The translations under genes and the position numbers were made by a program. A stretch of DNA of 64,000 nt. Source: Lentisphaerota bacterium (lineage in GTDB: Bacteria; Verrucomicrobiota; Kiritimatiellia; CAIQIC01; Lenti-01). The notes under the pieces were generated by a model that was not told where the DNA came from, did not search any database, and saw nothing but the letters and a program-made list of their open reading frames with translations. The DNA is taken from assembly GCA_012514035.1 (NCBI GenBank), contig JAAZBB010000039.1:2137-66136 (forward strand), written 5' to 3'. Positions 39,575 through 57,971 of the stretch are shown piece after piece; position 1 is the first letter of the stretch; each line of letters starts with the position of its first letter.

Positions 39575-39997
39575 ATGGCAAAGAAAGTCACAGGCATCAT
39601 TAAACTGCAGATTCCGGCCGGCCAGGCGAATCCGGCTCCGCCGGTGGGCCCGGCTCTGGGCCAGCAGGGCGTCAATATCATGGCGTTCTGCAAGGAGTTC
39701 AACGCGGCCACCCAGAAGGAGGCCGGCATGGTCATCCCGGTGGTGATCACGGTCTACCAGGACAAGAGCTTCACGTTCATCACCAAGACGCCGCCGGCGG
39801 CCGCGCTGCTGAAAAAGGCGGCGGGCATCGCCAAGGGATCGGGCACGCCCAATCGCGACAAGGTCGGCAAGGTGACGCGGAGCCAGGTGACGGAGATCGC
39901 CAAACTGAAGATGAAGGATTTGAACGCGAACGACGAGGAGCAGGCGACTCGCATGGTCGTCGGCACGGCGCGTAGCATGGGCATTGAAGTGGAGTAA
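39575..39997 (+). CDS. rplK: 50S ribosomal protein L11.
   Basis: [36 protein letters not shown]. Confidence 0.95.
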   Translation: MAKKVTGIIKLQIPAGQANPAPPVGPALGQQGVNIMAFCKEFNAATQKEAGMVIPVVITVYQDKSFTFITKTPPAAALLKKAAGIAKGSGTPNRDKVGKVTRSQVTEIAKLKMKDLNANDEEQATRMVVGTARSMGIEVE

Positions 39998-40006
39998 GGC
40001 GCAGCC

Positions 40007-40699
40007 ATGGCATTTCACGGGAAAAAGTACAAGCAGGCGGCGTCCAAGGTGGATCGCGAGACCCTCTATACGATCGAGGGCGCGCTGAAATTCCTCAAGG
40101 ACAACCCGACGACGAAGTTCGACGCGACGGCGGAAATCGCTTTTCGGCTGGGGGTGGATCCCACCAAAAGCGACCAGGCGGTGCGCGGCACGGTTACGCT
40201 GCCCCACGGCACGGGCAAGACCGTGCGCGTGCTGGTGTTTGCCAACGGGCCGGCGGCCGACGCGGCCCGCGCGGCCGGCGCGGATTACGTGGGCTTCGAG
40301 GACATGATCGCCAAGGTGTCGGGCGGGTTCACCGACTTTGACGTGGCGGTGGCGACGCCGGACGCAATGAAGGAAGTGCGCAAGCTGGGCAAGGTGCTCG
40401 GGCCGCGAGGCCTGATGCCCAATCCCAAGACGGGGACGGTCAGCGACGACACGGCGGCAGCGGTGAAGGCCTGCAAGGCCGGCCGCGTCGAGTTCCGGAT
40501 GGACCGCAACGGCAACGTCATGGTGCCGTTCGGCAAGATGTCGTTTGACGTGGCAGCCCTGCAGGGCAACTGCAAAGCCGTGATCGACGCCTTGAACGCG
40601 GCCCGGCCGGCCGCGACCAAGGGCGTGTTCCTCAAGCGCGCAACGATCACCTCGACCATGGGGCCCGGGCTGCGGCTCGATCCCCGCGAGACAGCATAG
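40007..40699 (+). CDS. rplA: 50S ribosomal protein L1.
   Basis: Conserved L1 blocks. Its position follows rplK. Confidence 0.95.
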   Translation: MAFHGKKYKQAASKVDRETLYTIEGALKFLKDNPTTKFDATAEIAFRLGVDPTKSDQAVRGTVTLPHGTGKTVRVLVFANGPAADAARAAGADYVGFEDMIAKVSGGFTDFDVAVATPDAMKEVRKLGKVLGPRGLMPNPKTGTVSDDTAAAVKACKAGRVEFRMDRNGNVMVPFGKMSFDVAALQGNCKAVIDALNAARPAATKGVFLKRATITSTMGPGLRLDPRETA

Positions 40700-40722
40700 G
40701 CGGATTTCAGGGAGAGCAGACA

Positions 40723-41244
40723 ATGAGACCGGAAAAAGAGGCGATTGTCAGGGATATCAAGGCCCTGGTGGCGGGTGCGAATTATGCCATCCTGACCGAT
40801 TTCACGCGGATGGACACGGTGAAAACCGCGACGCTGCGCCGAATACTGCGCGAGACGGGCGCCCGGTTCCAGGTGGTGCCCAACCGCCTGTTCCGCGTGG
40901 TGGCCCGGGAATTGAAGTACGAAGGACTCGAGCCGGCCCTGAAGGGGCCAACCGCCCTGGTCCTGGGTGCGGAAGACATCGCGGCAACGGCCAAGGTCCT
41001 GCGCGAGTTCGTGCGGGCCAACGACAAAATCCCGGTGGTCAAGCTGGGCTACATGGAGGGCAAGGTGCTGACGGCGGTCGACATCGAGGCGCTGGCCTCG
41101 CTGCCCTCGAAGAAAATCATGCAGGGTGTGCTGGTCGGAACGATCGCGGCCCCGATGTCGAATTTGGTTGGCGTGATGAACCAAAAGCTGGCGAGTCTGG
41201 TCTATGTGCTGAAGGCCGCGGCGGACAAGCGGAACGCCGCCTAG
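40723..41244 (+). CDS. rplJ: 50S ribosomal protein L10.
   Basis: L10 N-terminal pattern. It lies between rplA and rplL. Confidence 0.9.
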   Translation: MRPEKEAIVRDIKALVAGANYAILTDFTRMDTVKTATLRRILRETGARFQVVPNRLFRVVARELKYEGLEPALKGPTALVLGAEDIAATAKVLREFVRANDKIPVVKLGYMEGKVLTAVDIEALASLPSKKIMQGVLVGTIAAPMSNLVGVMNQKLASLVYVLKAAADKRNAA

Positions 41245-41307
41245 GCCCGGCGCCGGCGGACAAGCGGATCACGGATGTAAAAAACAAGGATTAGGAGATC
41301 AAAACCC

Positions 41308-41706
41308 ATGAGCGATGAAGTGAAGTTGGAAGGCAAGATGAAGGAGTTTGTGGACTGGATCGAGACGATTTCGGTCCTGGAGCTCTCGCAGCTGGTGAAG
41401 GCCTTGGAAGACCGGCTGGGCGTCTCCGCCGCCGCCCCCGTGGCGGTAGCGGCCGCCCCGGCCGCCGGTGGCGCCGCCGCCGCCGCGGAAGAGAAGACGG
41501 AGTTCACCGTGGAACTGACGGATGCCGGCGGGCAGAAGATCGCCGTCATCAAGGAAGTCCGCGCCATCACAGGCCTGGGGCTGAAGGAAGCCAAGGACCT
41601 GGTGGAAGGGGCCCCGAAGCCGGTGAAGGAAAACATTGCCAAGGACGAAGCCGAGAAGATCAAGAAGCAGCTCGAAGCGGCTGGCGCCAAAGTCACCATC
41701 AAGTAG
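41308..41706 (+). CDS. rplL: 50S ribosomal protein L7/L12.
   Basis: Ala-rich hinge and C-terminal domain ([23 protein letters not shown]). Confidence 0.95.
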   Translation: MSDEVKLEGKMKEFVDWIETISVLELSQLVKALEDRLGVSAAAPVAVAAAPAAGGAAAAAEEKTEFTVELTDAGGQKIAVIKEVRAITGLGLKEAKDLVEGAPKPVKENIAKDEAEKIKKQLEAAGAKVTIK

Positions 41707-41716
41707 CCGCACCGGT

Positions 41717-41745
41717 TGTGCGACGGCCGCCCCGGGGCGTTTTGC
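41717..41745 (+). terminator. Candidate rplL-rpoB intergenic attenuator. A GC-rich palindrome CGCCCCGGGGCG is followed by TTTT.
   Basis: Direct reading. It occupies the classical position of the partial terminator between rplL and rpoB. Confidence 0.3.
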
Positions 41746-41801
41746 GCCTCCGGGGTGGGCCTGTCTTATTGGTATGCGCGGATTCCACCCTTGAAGAATA
41801 G

Positions 41802-45563
<3,762 letters not shown>

Positions 45564-45622
45564 ACCGCGCCCCCGGGTGCGGCCTGGAATGATGAACTTG
45601 TGAAGCCATAGAGGAGTCCACG

Positions 45623-49789
<4,167 letters not shown>

Positions 49790-50107
49790 TTCCGGAGCGG
49801 AAGTCCCGCCTTTTCTCCGCGGATGAAGTGCCGGCGGGGAAGGCGCGTCCCCCGCCCGGCCGGTGACCTTCCTGCTGCCGGGGAAGGCCAGTCGGCTGCG
49901 CCGGTGTGGCGCGCACCGGGAACCAAATGCGCGGCACGGGAGCCGGTCCCCCGCTGGGCAGTAAAGCGTTTCGAGCCTGGGTTTTTGGCGAAGCCGGCTT
50001 GACAAATCCCGGGGGCGGGGGGATGATGCGCGAAATTTTTCCACGCCCCTGGCGTGGCGATGATTTCAAAACAACCTGGGTTTGCGAACCCACACACGGA
50101 GACGAAC

Positions 50108-52855
50108 ATGGCCAAGAAAAAATATGTCTATTTTTATGGTTTCGGGAAAGAGAACACCGAAGGCGATGCCACGATGAAGGCGATCCTCGGCGGCAAGGGC
50201 GCCAACCTCGCCGAAATGGCGAACGCGGGCCTGCCGGTGCCGGCGGGCTTCACGGTCTCGACCGAAGCGTGCGCCTATTACGCCTCGCACAAAGGCAAAT
50301 ATCCCGAGGGGATGTTGGAGCAGCTCAAGACCCAGCTCAAGAAGCTCGAAACCAAGATGAAGAAGAAGCTGGGCGATCCCAAGAACCCCCTGCTGGTGTC
50401 GGTGCGTTCGGGCGCCGCGATTTCCATGCCGGGCATGATGGATACCGTTCTCAATCTCGGCCTGAACGACAAGTCGGTGCTGGGCTTCATCGAGAGCACC
50501 GGCAACGCGCGCACAGGCTGGGACTGCTACCGCCGCTTCATCGACATGTTCGGCGACGTGGTCATGGGACCGACGACCGGCCTGACGCACCACGACTTCG
50601 AAGTCGCAATGACCGAATTGAAGAAGAAGTACGGCGCGCAGGAAGACACCGACCTGACGGCCGAACAGCTCCAGGAACTGTGCGAGATCTATAAGAAGGT
50701 CTACGTGCAGAAGGTGAAAAAGCCCTTCCCGCAGGATCCCTTCGAGCAGCTCCTTGCCAGCGTCAACGCGGTGTTTGGCAGCTGGAACAGCGACCGCGCG
50801 CAGAAATACCGCCAGATCAACAAGGTGACGGGCCTGCTCGGGACGGCCGTCAACGTCTGCTCGATGGTTTACGGCAACATGGGCGACGAGTCCGGCACGG
50901 GCGTGGCCTTCACACGCGACGGCGCCACCGGCGACGAGGCCCCGATGGGCGAGTACCTGATCAACGCGCAGGGCGAAGACGTCGTAGCCGGCATCCGCAC
51001 GCCGAAGCACATTGACGAGATGCCCAAGGAGAAAAGCCCCGTCTGGAAGAAGGCCCACGCCCAGCTCATGGCCATCATGAAGAAGCTGGAGAAGCACTAC
51101 AAGTATCCCCAGGACGTGGAATTCACGGTCGAGCAGGGCACGCTGTGGATGCTGCAGACCCGCAACGCCAAGCGCACCGGCCTGGCCGGCGTCCGCTGGG
51201 CGGTGGAAATGGCCACCGGCAAGGATTTCTTCACCGGCAAGGCGCAGGACAAAATCCTCAAGCCGGACGAGGCGATTGCCACGCTGTCGGGTTCGGATCT
51301 CGAACAGCTGCTGTTCCCGATCTTCGACATCGCGGCCGAGAAAAAGGCCGTCGTTCTGACCAAGGGCCTGCCGGCCGGTCCGGGCGCGGGCGTCGGCCAG
51401 ATCGTGTTCGACGCGCATACCGCGGAAGCCATCGTCAAGGAAGATCCGTCCGCGAAGCTGATTCTCGTGCGCCACGAGACGAGCCCCGAGGATGTCGGCG
51501 GCATGTGGGCGGCGCAGGGCATCCTGACGAGCACGGGCGGCATGACCTCGCACGCGGCCGTCGTGGCGCGCGGCTGGGGCAAATGCTGCATCGCCGGCGC
51601 GGGCGAACTGGCCATCGACTACAAGGCCAAGACGATTTTCGCCGGCGGCCAGACGCTGAAGGAAGGCGACTGGATCAGCCTGAACGGCTCGACCGGCATC
51701 GTCTACGTCGGGCAGATCCCGACCGAGGCCAGCCCCGTCGTCAGCGGCGTGGTCGGCGGCAAGAAAGAGGCGCAGAAGCACCCCATCTACAAGATGTACA
51801 AGCAGGTCAGCGACTGGGCAGACAAGTACCGCAAGATCTACGTCCGCACGAATGCAGACAGTCCCAAGGACGCTGCCGCAGCCCGGGCATTCGGCGCGCA
51901 GGGCATCGGCCTGTGCCGCACTGAGCACATGTTCTTCGAGGGCGAGCGCATCTGGGCCATCCGCGAGTTCATCCTCGCGCAGGATTTGCCGACCCGCGAA
52001 AAGGCGCTCGAAAAGCTGCTGCCGCTGCAGCGCGGCGACTTCGAAGGCATCTTCAAGGCCATGGACGGCTACGGTGTGACGATCCGCCTGATCGATCCGC
52101 CGCTGCATGAGTTCGTGCCGCAGGACGCCGCCGGCCAGATCGAGATGGCCAAGCGCATGAACACGACCCCCGAGTTCGTCGCCGCGCGCGTGAAGAAGCT
52201 GCACGAGATGAATCCCATGCTGGGGCATCGCGGCTGCCGCCTCTCGATCACCTATCCGGAACTGTGCGCCATGCAGACCCGCGCGATCATCGAGGCGGCC
52301 TGCAACATCGCCAAGACCGGCCGCAAGGTCCTGCCCGAAATCATGGTCCCGCTTATCGGCACCAAGGCCGAGTTCGACTACTGCGCCGACGTCATCCGCC
52401 GGACGGCCGATGCCATCATCAAGGAAAAGAAATCCCGGGTGAAGTACTTGGTCGGCACGATGATCGAAATCCCGCGCGCCGCCCTCACGGCCGACGCGAT
52501 CGCCGAAAGCGCCGAGTTCTTCAGCTTCGGCACCAACGACCTGACCCAGATGACGTTCGGTTTCAGCCGGGACGACATCGGCTCCTTCCTGCCCGACTAC
52601 CTGGACAAGAAGGTCCTGCCGGTGGACCCGTTCCTGACGCTGGATACGGCAGGTGTCGGCCAGCTGGTGGAGATGGGGGTCAAGAAGGGGCGCGCCAGCC
52701 GGCCGGACCTCAAGTGCGGCATCTGCGGCGAGCACGGCGGCGATCCCGCATCCGTCAAGTTCTGCTGCAAGGCCGGCCTGAACTACGTGAGCTGCTCTCC
52801 GTACCGCGTGCCGATTGCCCGGCTGGCGGCGGCCCAGGCCGCCCTCGGCAAGTAA
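50108..52855 (+). CDS. ppdK: Pyruvate, phosphate dikinase.
   Basis: PEP-utilising enzyme blocks: GGMTSHAAVVARGWGK (catalytic His) and a C-terminal TIM-barrel domain. Confidence 0.9.
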   Translation: MAKKKYVYFYGFGKENTEGDATMKAILGGKGANLAEMANAGLPVPAGFTVSTEACAYYASHKGKYPEGMLEQLKTQLKKLETKMKKKLGDPKNPLLVSVRSGAAISMPGMMDTVLNLGLNDKSVLGFIESTGNARTGWDCYRRFIDMFGDVVMGPTTGLTHHDFEVAMTELKKKYGAQEDTDLTAEQLQELCEIYKKVYVQKVKKPFPQDPFEQLLASVNAVFGSWNSDRAQKYRQINKVTGLLGTAVNVCSMVYGNMGDESGTGVAFTRDGATGDEAPMGEYLINAQGEDVVAGIRTPKHIDEMPKEKSPVWKKAHAQLMAIMKKLEKHYKYPQDVEFTVEQGTLWMLQTRNAKRTGLAGVRWAVEMATGKDFFTGKAQDKILKPDEAIATLSGSDLEQLLFPIFDIAAEKKAVVLTKGLPAGPGAGVGQIVFDAHTAEAIVKEDPSAKLILVRHETSPEDVGGMWAAQGILTSTGGMTSHAAVVARGWGKCCIAGAGELAIDYKAKTIFAGGQTLKEGDWISLNGSTGIVYVGQIPTEASPVVSGVVGGKKEAQKHPIYKMYKQVSDWADKYRKIYVRTNADSPKDAAAARAFGAQGIGLCRTEHMFFEGERIWAIREFILAQDLPTREKALEKLLPLQRGDFEGIFKAMDGYGVTIRLIDPPLHEFVPQDAAGQIEMAKRMNTTPEFVAARVKKLHEMNPMLGHRGCRLSITYPELCAMQTRAIIEAACNIAKTGRKVLPEIMVPLIGTKAEFDYCADVIRRTADAIIKEKKSRVKYLVGTMIEIPRAALTADAIAESAEFFSFGTNDLTQMTFGFSRDDIGSFLPDYLDKKVLPVDPFLTLDTAGVGQLVEMGVKKGRASRPDLKCGICGEHGGDPASVKFCCKAGLNYVSCSPYRVPIARLAAAQAALGK

Positions 52856-52889
52856 GTGAACGGCCGTTTTCGCCAGGCCATGCCTGCTC

Positions 52890-52921
52890 CCGCCCCCGGA
52901 TTTCCGGGGGCGGATTTTTTT
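52890..52921 (+). terminator. Rho-independent terminator. The stem is CGCCCCCGGA-ttt-CCGGGGGCG and a U-tract follows.
   Basis: Direct reading. A 10/9-bp GC stem is followed by GATTTTTTT, directly after the ppdK stop. Confidence 0.65.
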
Positions 52922-52979
52922 GCCGCGGGGCGGGGGAAGGTTGTTTGATTTCAGCGCTGAATCTGCTACGGTGCCGGGC

Positions 52980-53687
52980 ATGAAAGCAGGGCGCATCGCA
53001 ATCGGAATGGGCGCGAGTCTCGCGGCGCTGGTCGTCGTGCTGTCCGCGGGCTGCGGTTCCGGCTCCGCCGAGCGCCGCGAAGCGCGCGACCGTTATCTGC
53101 GTCGCGCGTCCGCCGCGCAGGAGGCGCAGGATATCGACCGCGCGATCCGGTTGTGTCAGCAGGCCCTCGCTCGCCGGCCCAGCCTGGCGCTGGCCCACCG
53201 CGAACTTGGCCTCATGCTCGACAACTACCGGCAGGATTACGCGGCGGCGCTCTATCATTACAGTCGCTATCTGGAACTGCGGCCGGACTCGCCGAATCGC
53301 GCGGATGTCGAAAATCTCATCCGTCACTGTCGGGTCTCCCTGGCTGCCCAGGTCCTGGAATCCCCCGATGAATTGCGCCGCGATCTGCAGGTCCGCAACG
53401 AACGCATCGCCGCCCTGGAACTGGAAGTCGCCGGCCTGCGCGAACAGTTGGCGATGCCCCGCCCGGCGGCTCCGGAACCGCTTGCTCCGCCCGCGGCCGC
53501 CGTTCCGCCGCCGCCCGCCCCGCCCCGGGTGCATGTTGTGCAGGCCGGGGAAACCCTGGCCACCATCTCGGTCCGCCACTTCGGTACGCCCGCCCGATGG
53601 CAGGACATTTTCAACGCCAACCGCGACAAGCTTTCCAATGCCAACAACGTGCGTGTCGGCACCGCGCTGGCCATCCCCCCGGAATGA
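52980..53687 (+). CDS. Lipoprotein with a TPR-like N-domain, a coiled coil, a Pro-rich linker and a C-terminal LysM peptidoglycan-binding domain.
   Basis: Lipobox LSAGC. The LysM motif is HVVQAGETLATIS...NNVRVGTALAIP. Confidence 0.65.
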   Translation: MKAGRIAIGMGASLAALVVVLSAGCGSGSAERREARDRYLRRASAAQEAQDIDRAIRLCQQALARRPSLALAHRELGLMLDNYRQDYAAALYHYSRYLELRPDSPNRADVENLIRHCRVSLAAQVLESPDELRRDLQVRNERIAALELEVAGLREQLAMPRPAAPEPLAPPAAAVPPPPAPPRVHVVQAGETLATISVRHFGTPARWQDIFNANRDKLSNANNVRVGTALAIPPE

Positions 53688-53702
53688 ACAGGAGCAGTCA
53701 AC

Positions 53703-54452
53703 ATGGGTACGGATTTCTTTGATGACGATCTGGTGCGCGAGAGGGAAGCCGCGCTGAAAATCAAGCTCGACGGGGAAGGCAGCGCTGCACCACGGGACGG
53801 GCATATTCCCTCCTCGCGCGAATTTTCCGCCCGGCCGGTCTCTGATCTGACCCTGACCCATTTGGCGCGTCACAAGCAGGAAGTGACCGAACAGATCGTG
53901 GACAAGGCCCAGGAACTTGACCGTCTGCGCGCCCGCCAGGAGGAACTGGAGAAAGAACGCCGGCTGCTCGATGAAATGCGTCGGAAACAGGAGGCCTTCG
54001 ATTCCGGCCGGCGGGAACTGAAGGATCGGCTCAACGAAAGCCTCGTCCGGATGGAACAGGAACGCCTTCAGGCCGAGCGTCTCGCGCAACTGCTCGAGGA
54101 AACCCGCCGGCTGTTTCGCGATCGCCTCGGTGAAGTGTCCGCCTTGAACGAGGAAGACTGGACGGACGACAACCTGCTGGAGGAGCTGAACAAGGCGCTG
54201 GTGCTGCTGGAAAACATCCGGTCGGACTACAACAAAGCCTTGGCAAAGATTGAAGCCGTTCACCCCGTGTCCGGTGCCGTCGCCGGAACGGCCCCCCGCG
54301 TGTTGAGTTTCGAAGAGGCTCCGGCCGGGGTCCCGAACCGTTGGCCGGGATTCCGGGGCTGGTTATGGGCTGGCCTGGCCTTTACGCTGCCGTTGATGGC
54401 GTGGCTCGTGGTCATGCTGCTGGTCTGGTTAGGGTTCTATTTCTGGATGTAG
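53703..54452 (+). CDS. Coiled-coil protein with a C-terminal transmembrane anchor.
   Basis: Heptad-rich ERLQAERLAQLLEE segments and C-terminal hydrophobic helices. Confidence 0.4.
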   Translation: MGTDFFDDDLVREREAALKIKLDGEGSAAPRDGHIPSSREFSARPVSDLTLTHLARHKQEVTEQIVDKAQELDRLRARQEELEKERRLLDEMRRKQEAFDSGRRELKDRLNESLVRMEQERLQAERLAQLLEETRRLFRDRLGEVSALNEEDWTDDNLLEELNKALVLLENIRSDYNKALAKIEAVHPVSGAVAGTAPRVLSFEEAPAGVPNRWPGFRGWLWAGLAFTLPLMAWLVVMLLVWLGFYFWM

Positions 54453-54455
54453 GCG

Positions 54456-54956
54456 ATGGCGGCCACGCGGAGACGATCCACCTGGGAACGGCGCTTGCGC
54501 GAAATCGAGCGCGAAAAAGCCCAGGTGCGCGAACAGATCGAAACTGTCCGGCGCTGGGTCGATGACATTCCGGAGGAGGACCGCCGCGCCCTAGAGCCCC
54601 GGCTCCGGCCGTCCGCCGGCAGAATCATCTCCGTCGCGGAGGATCCCTCAGACACTTCGCCCACACCCGGATCCTCCCTGGATTTTGCTCCGGGCCCGGA
54701 GGGCCTGGACATCAAGCGGGTGGTGATGCCCCGTCTGCAAAGGACCGATTTGTTGCGACCGGCCATTGGCGGCGGACCGGCTACCGCCCGGTTGACGGAG
54801 CCGGAACACGACCGGTTCCGCAGTTATCTGGGAACGGGCGGACTCAAGCGGGTACGGGAAAACCGGCGGGATCAGGGCAGTCCGCGTTTGCGCACCTTGT
54901 TCATGCTGTTGATGGTGCTGACCCTGGGCTTCATCTTGTTCAAGATGATCACATGA
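54456..54956 (+). CDS. Hypothetical protein with a coiled-coil N-terminus and a C-terminal transmembrane helix.
   Basis: ORF is translationally coupled to the next gene (ATGA). The C-terminus is LFMLLMVLTLGFILF. Confidence 0.4.
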   Translation: MAATRRRSTWERRLREIEREKAQVREQIETVRRWVDDIPEEDRRALEPRLRPSAGRIISVAEDPSDTSPTPGSSLDFAPGPEGLDIKRVVMPRLQRTDLLRPAIGGGPATARLTEPEHDRFRSYLGTGGLKRVRENRRDQGSPRLRTLFMLLMVLTLGFILFKMIT

Positions 54957-55480
54957 AAGCCGCTCCGAACGGTCTCCAACGGGCCGTGTTGGAAACGACG
55001 TGGGGGGCTGTCTCCATTCATGCCGGTCGGCAAGGCGTGTGGTCGTGCGACCTGCCCCCCGCGCCGCGGCAGAGAGCCATGCCGCGTTTGCGCGTGCTGA
55101 GCGTGAAATGGCCGCTCGATCCGGATCCCGTTTTAAGACGCGCAGTAGCCTATGCACGTGCCGTGCTGGCAGGGCGTACGCCGCCCTCGCTCCCCCCGGT
55201 GCATCCGGCGGTCTTTGAATCGGCCGCTCCGTTTTATCGATCCGCGTGGCGCGCCCTGCGCGGCATTCCGCGCGGTGCACGAACAACCTACGCCCGACTG
55301 GCGGCCCGCGCCGGCCGGCCGGCCGCGGCTCGCGCGGCGGGGGGTGCCTGCCGCGCCAACCCGGTGCCTTTGTTCCTGCCTTGTCACCGGGTGATGGCCG
55401 CGAATGGCCAGTGGGGCGGCTTTTCGGCCGGGCTGCCCTGGAAAATCCATCTGCTGCGGTTGGAAGGAGTTGGCTCATGA
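54953..55480 (+). CDS. ogt: Methylated-DNA-protein-cysteine methyltransferase (Ogt/MGMT).
   Basis: PCHRV active-site motif in the helix-turn-helix domain (TTYARLAARAG...NPVPLFLPCHRVMAANG). ATGA overlaps on both sides. Confidence 0.75.
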   Translation: MKAAPNGLQRAVLETTWGAVSIHAGRQGVWSCDLPPAPRQRAMPRLRVLSVKWPLDPDPVLRRAVAYARAVLAGRTPPSLPPVHPAVFESAAPFYRSAWRALRGIPRGARTTYARLAARAGRPAAARAAGGACRANPVPLFLPCHRVMAANGQWGGFSAGLPWKIHLLRLEGVGS

Positions 55481-56565
55481 TCATCGCCGTTGCCTGCGGG
55501 GGAACCGGCGGTCACGTGTTTCCCGGCCTGGCCACCGCGCGCGAACTTCTGCGCCGCGGCCACGATGTAACGCTGTGGTTGACGGGGCGCGACACCGAGC
55601 AGGCCGCACGCAAGGAATGGGATGGGCCCGTTGTCGAAGTGCCGGCGCGGGGTTTTCCTTCCGGCTTTTCCCTGGAATCCCTGCGGCGTGGCTGGAACTT
55701 GGTGCGGGCAGTCGCCCGCAGCCGTGCAATCATGCGCCTGAACCGGCCCGACGTGCTGCTGGCGATGGGCTCCTACGCTTCTGTGGGGCCTTGCGGCGCG
55801 GCGCGCGGACTCGGCGTGCCGACTGTGTTGCACGAGGCCAACGTGATTCCTGGCCGCGCCGTGCGCCTGTTCGCGCCCGGCGCCGCGGCGGTCGCCTGCG
55901 GCTTCGAGGAAACCCGCTACCACCTGCGTCGCGCCAAGCTGACCGTTGTGGGCATTCCGCTGCGCGAGGAATTGACCGCCGCCGCGCACAGCATGCCGCC
56001 GCGCGAATCCGCCGGCCAAGCGCCCTTCCGCCTGTTGGTCATGGGCGGCAGCATGGGAGCGCATCGGCTCAACGAAATCACGGCGGATGCCTTGGCGCGG
56101 CTGCAACAGGCCGGAGTCGATTTTTCCGTCGTCCATCTGACCGGGCGCTCCGACGAAACGGCCATCCGCGCAGCCTACGCGGCGGCCGGCGTGCAGGCCG
56201 AGGTCATCGCGTTCACGACCTACATGGCGCCGCTGTACCACGCCGCCGATCTGGCGATCTGCCGCGCCGGCGCGGCCACCTGCGCCGAACTGGCCTACTT
56301 CGGCGTGCCGGCGCTGCTGGTGCCGTATGCGCTGGCGGCCATGGATCACCAGACCGCCAATGCGCACGCCCTGGAAAAACGCGGCGCGGCGGATGTTGTG
56401 GCGGAATCCGCGCTGACGCCCGAATGGCTCGAAGCCTATCTGGCGCAGACCCTGCGTCAGCCTGAACGCCTGGCGCGCTTGCGCGAATCCGCCCGCAAGG
56501 AAGGTGTGCGGGACGGCACCGCCGCCTTGGCCGATCTGGTGGAGCGCAGTGCGCGGCAGCCATGA
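55477..56565 (+). CDS. murG: UDP-N-acetylglucosamine-(N-acetylmuramyl-pentapeptide) pyrophosphoryl-undecaprenol N-acetylglucosamine transferase MurG.
   Basis: MIIAVACGGTGGHVFPGLA N-terminus and a GT28 C-domain. Confidence 0.9.
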   Translation: MIIAVACGGTGGHVFPGLATARELLRRGHDVTLWLTGRDTEQAARKEWDGPVVEVPARGFPSGFSLESLRRGWNLVRAVARSRAIMRLNRPDVLLAMGSYASVGPCGAARGLGVPTVLHEANVIPGRAVRLFAPGAAAVACGFEETRYHLRRAKLTVVGIPLREELTAAAHSMPPRESAGQAPFRLLVMGGSMGAHRLNEITADALARLQQAGVDFSVVHLTGRSDETAIRAAYAAAGVQAEVIAFTTYMAPLYHAADLAICRAGAATCAELAYFGVPALLVPYALAAMDHQTANAHALEKRGAADVVAESALTPEWLEAYLAQTLRQPERLARLRESARKEGVRDGTAALADLVERSARQP

Positions 56566-57971
56566 CGGCGCAAGACGGCAACTGGCGCGACGAAGTCCGG
56601 CGCTGGATCCAGACGCCCGGCGCGCGCGTGCACTTGATGGGCGTAGGCGGCATCGGCATGGCCGGCGTGGCGCGGCTGCTCGCGGCGAAGGGCATGCGCG
56701 TGACCGGCTGCGACGCCGGCGCCCCGCGTACGCTGGCATGGTTGCGTTCCTGCGGCATCCCGGCGACGATGGGCCACGATCCGGCGCATCTGGACGGCAT
56801 CGACTGGGCCGTGTTCAGCCCCGCGCTGCAACCGGGGCATCCGGAACGCGCCGCGGCAGAGGAAAAGGGAATTCCGCTCTATCGCCGCGGCCAAGTACTG
56901 CCCGTGCTGGCCGAAAGCTGGAAAACCGTTGCGGTATCCGGTTCCCATGGCAAGACGACCACCTCGGCGATGATCGCACACATCCTGCGCGCTTGCGGAG
57001 CGGATCCTTCGTGGTGCATTGGCGGCGAATTGCCGCCGGACGGCGCCCCCGCCGGCATCGGGCAGTCGGACTGGCTGGTGATTGAGGCCGACGAAAGCGA
57101 TGGCACCCTGGCGCACTACGCGCCGGAAATCGCCGTCATCACAAACGTGGAATTCGACCACATGGAACATTTCGATTCGAAAGCGGACATGGTGGCCTGC
57201 TTCCGGTCCTTTGCGCGGCAGGCGCGGACCGTGATTTTCTGCGCCGATGATCCCGAGGCGGCGGCAATCGGGGCGGAAGCAGGCGGCACGTCCTACGGCT
57301 TTGCGCCGGGCGCGGATTTCCGGGGCGAGATTCTGGAGGCGGGTCCGGCCGGCACGCGGTTCATGGTCCACGGCCACGCGGTGGCGCTGCCGTTGTCCGG
57401 ACGCCACAACGTGCGGAACGCCTTGGGAGCTCTGGCGGCGGCCGTGCGCGGCGGAATCGCACTGGATGCGGCCTGCGCGGCGCTAGGCAGTTTTGCGCTG
57501 CCCAGGCGGCGTTTCGAACAAGTGGCGGAGGCGCAGGGCATCCGGATCGTGGCCGACTATGCGCATCATCCCTCGGAAATCCGAGCGCTGATCGATGCCG
57601 CGCAACAGGCGGGCGCCGGGCGCATCTGGGCCGTGTTCCAGCCGCACCGCTACACGCGGACGCGCGCGCTGGGCGCGGAATTTCCGCCGGCTTTCGCCGG
57701 CGTGGCCGGCGTAATCCTCGCGCCCGTCTATGCCGCCAGCGAACCGCCGCTGGCCGGCGGCACGTCGGAAGATCTGCTCAAGCACTTCTGGAACCACCGC
57801 GGCGCACCTGCCGAACTGGCAAAAAATCTGGAACAGGCCGCCGATCTCGTCGCCGCGCGCTGGAAATCCGGCGACTGGGTCCTGGTGATCGGCGCGGGCG
57901 ACGTCGAAGACGTCGGACCGATGCTGAAACGGAAACTCGAAAACGACTATTCGCGCCGCGCGCGGCAATAG
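56562..57971 (+). CDS. murC: UDP-N-acetylmuramate-L-alanine ligase MurC.
   Basis: Mur ligase motifs (VSGSHGKTTT; DESDG). Confidence 0.9.
   Translation: MTAQDGNWRDEVRRWIQTPGARVHLMGVGGIGMAGVARLLAAKGMRVTGCDAGAPRTLAWLRSCGIPATMGHDPAHLDGIDWAVFSPALQPGHPERAAAEEKGIPLYRRGQVLPVLAESWKTVAVSGSHGKTTTSAMIAHILRACGADPSWCIGGELPPDGAPAGIGQSDWLVIEADESDGTLAHYAPEIAVITNVEFDHMEHFDSKADMVACFRSFARQARTVIFCADDPEAAAIGAEAGGTSYGFAPGADFRGEILEAGPAGTRFMVHGHAVALPLSGRHNVRNALGALAAAVRGGIALDAACAALGSFALPRRRFEQVAEAQGIRIVADYAHHPSEIRALIDAAQQAGAGRIWAVFQPHRYTRTRALGAEFPPAFAGVAGVILAPVYAASEPPLAGGTSEDLLKHFWNHRGAPAELAKNLEQAADLVAARWKSGDWVLVIGAGDVEDVGPMLKRKLENDYSRRARQ

Noticed and set aside
39559-40722. L11-leader and L10-leader autoregulatory RNA structures.
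   Set aside because: The nusG-rplK gap is 16 nt and the rplA-rplJ gap is 23 nt. Both are too short to hold the canonical leaders, so no such structures are called here.
49791-49830. A rho-independent terminator directly after rpoC.
   Set aside because: Only weak, imperfect inverted repeats are present, and no U-tract follows. By contrast, the ppdK terminator at 52890-52921 is unambiguous.
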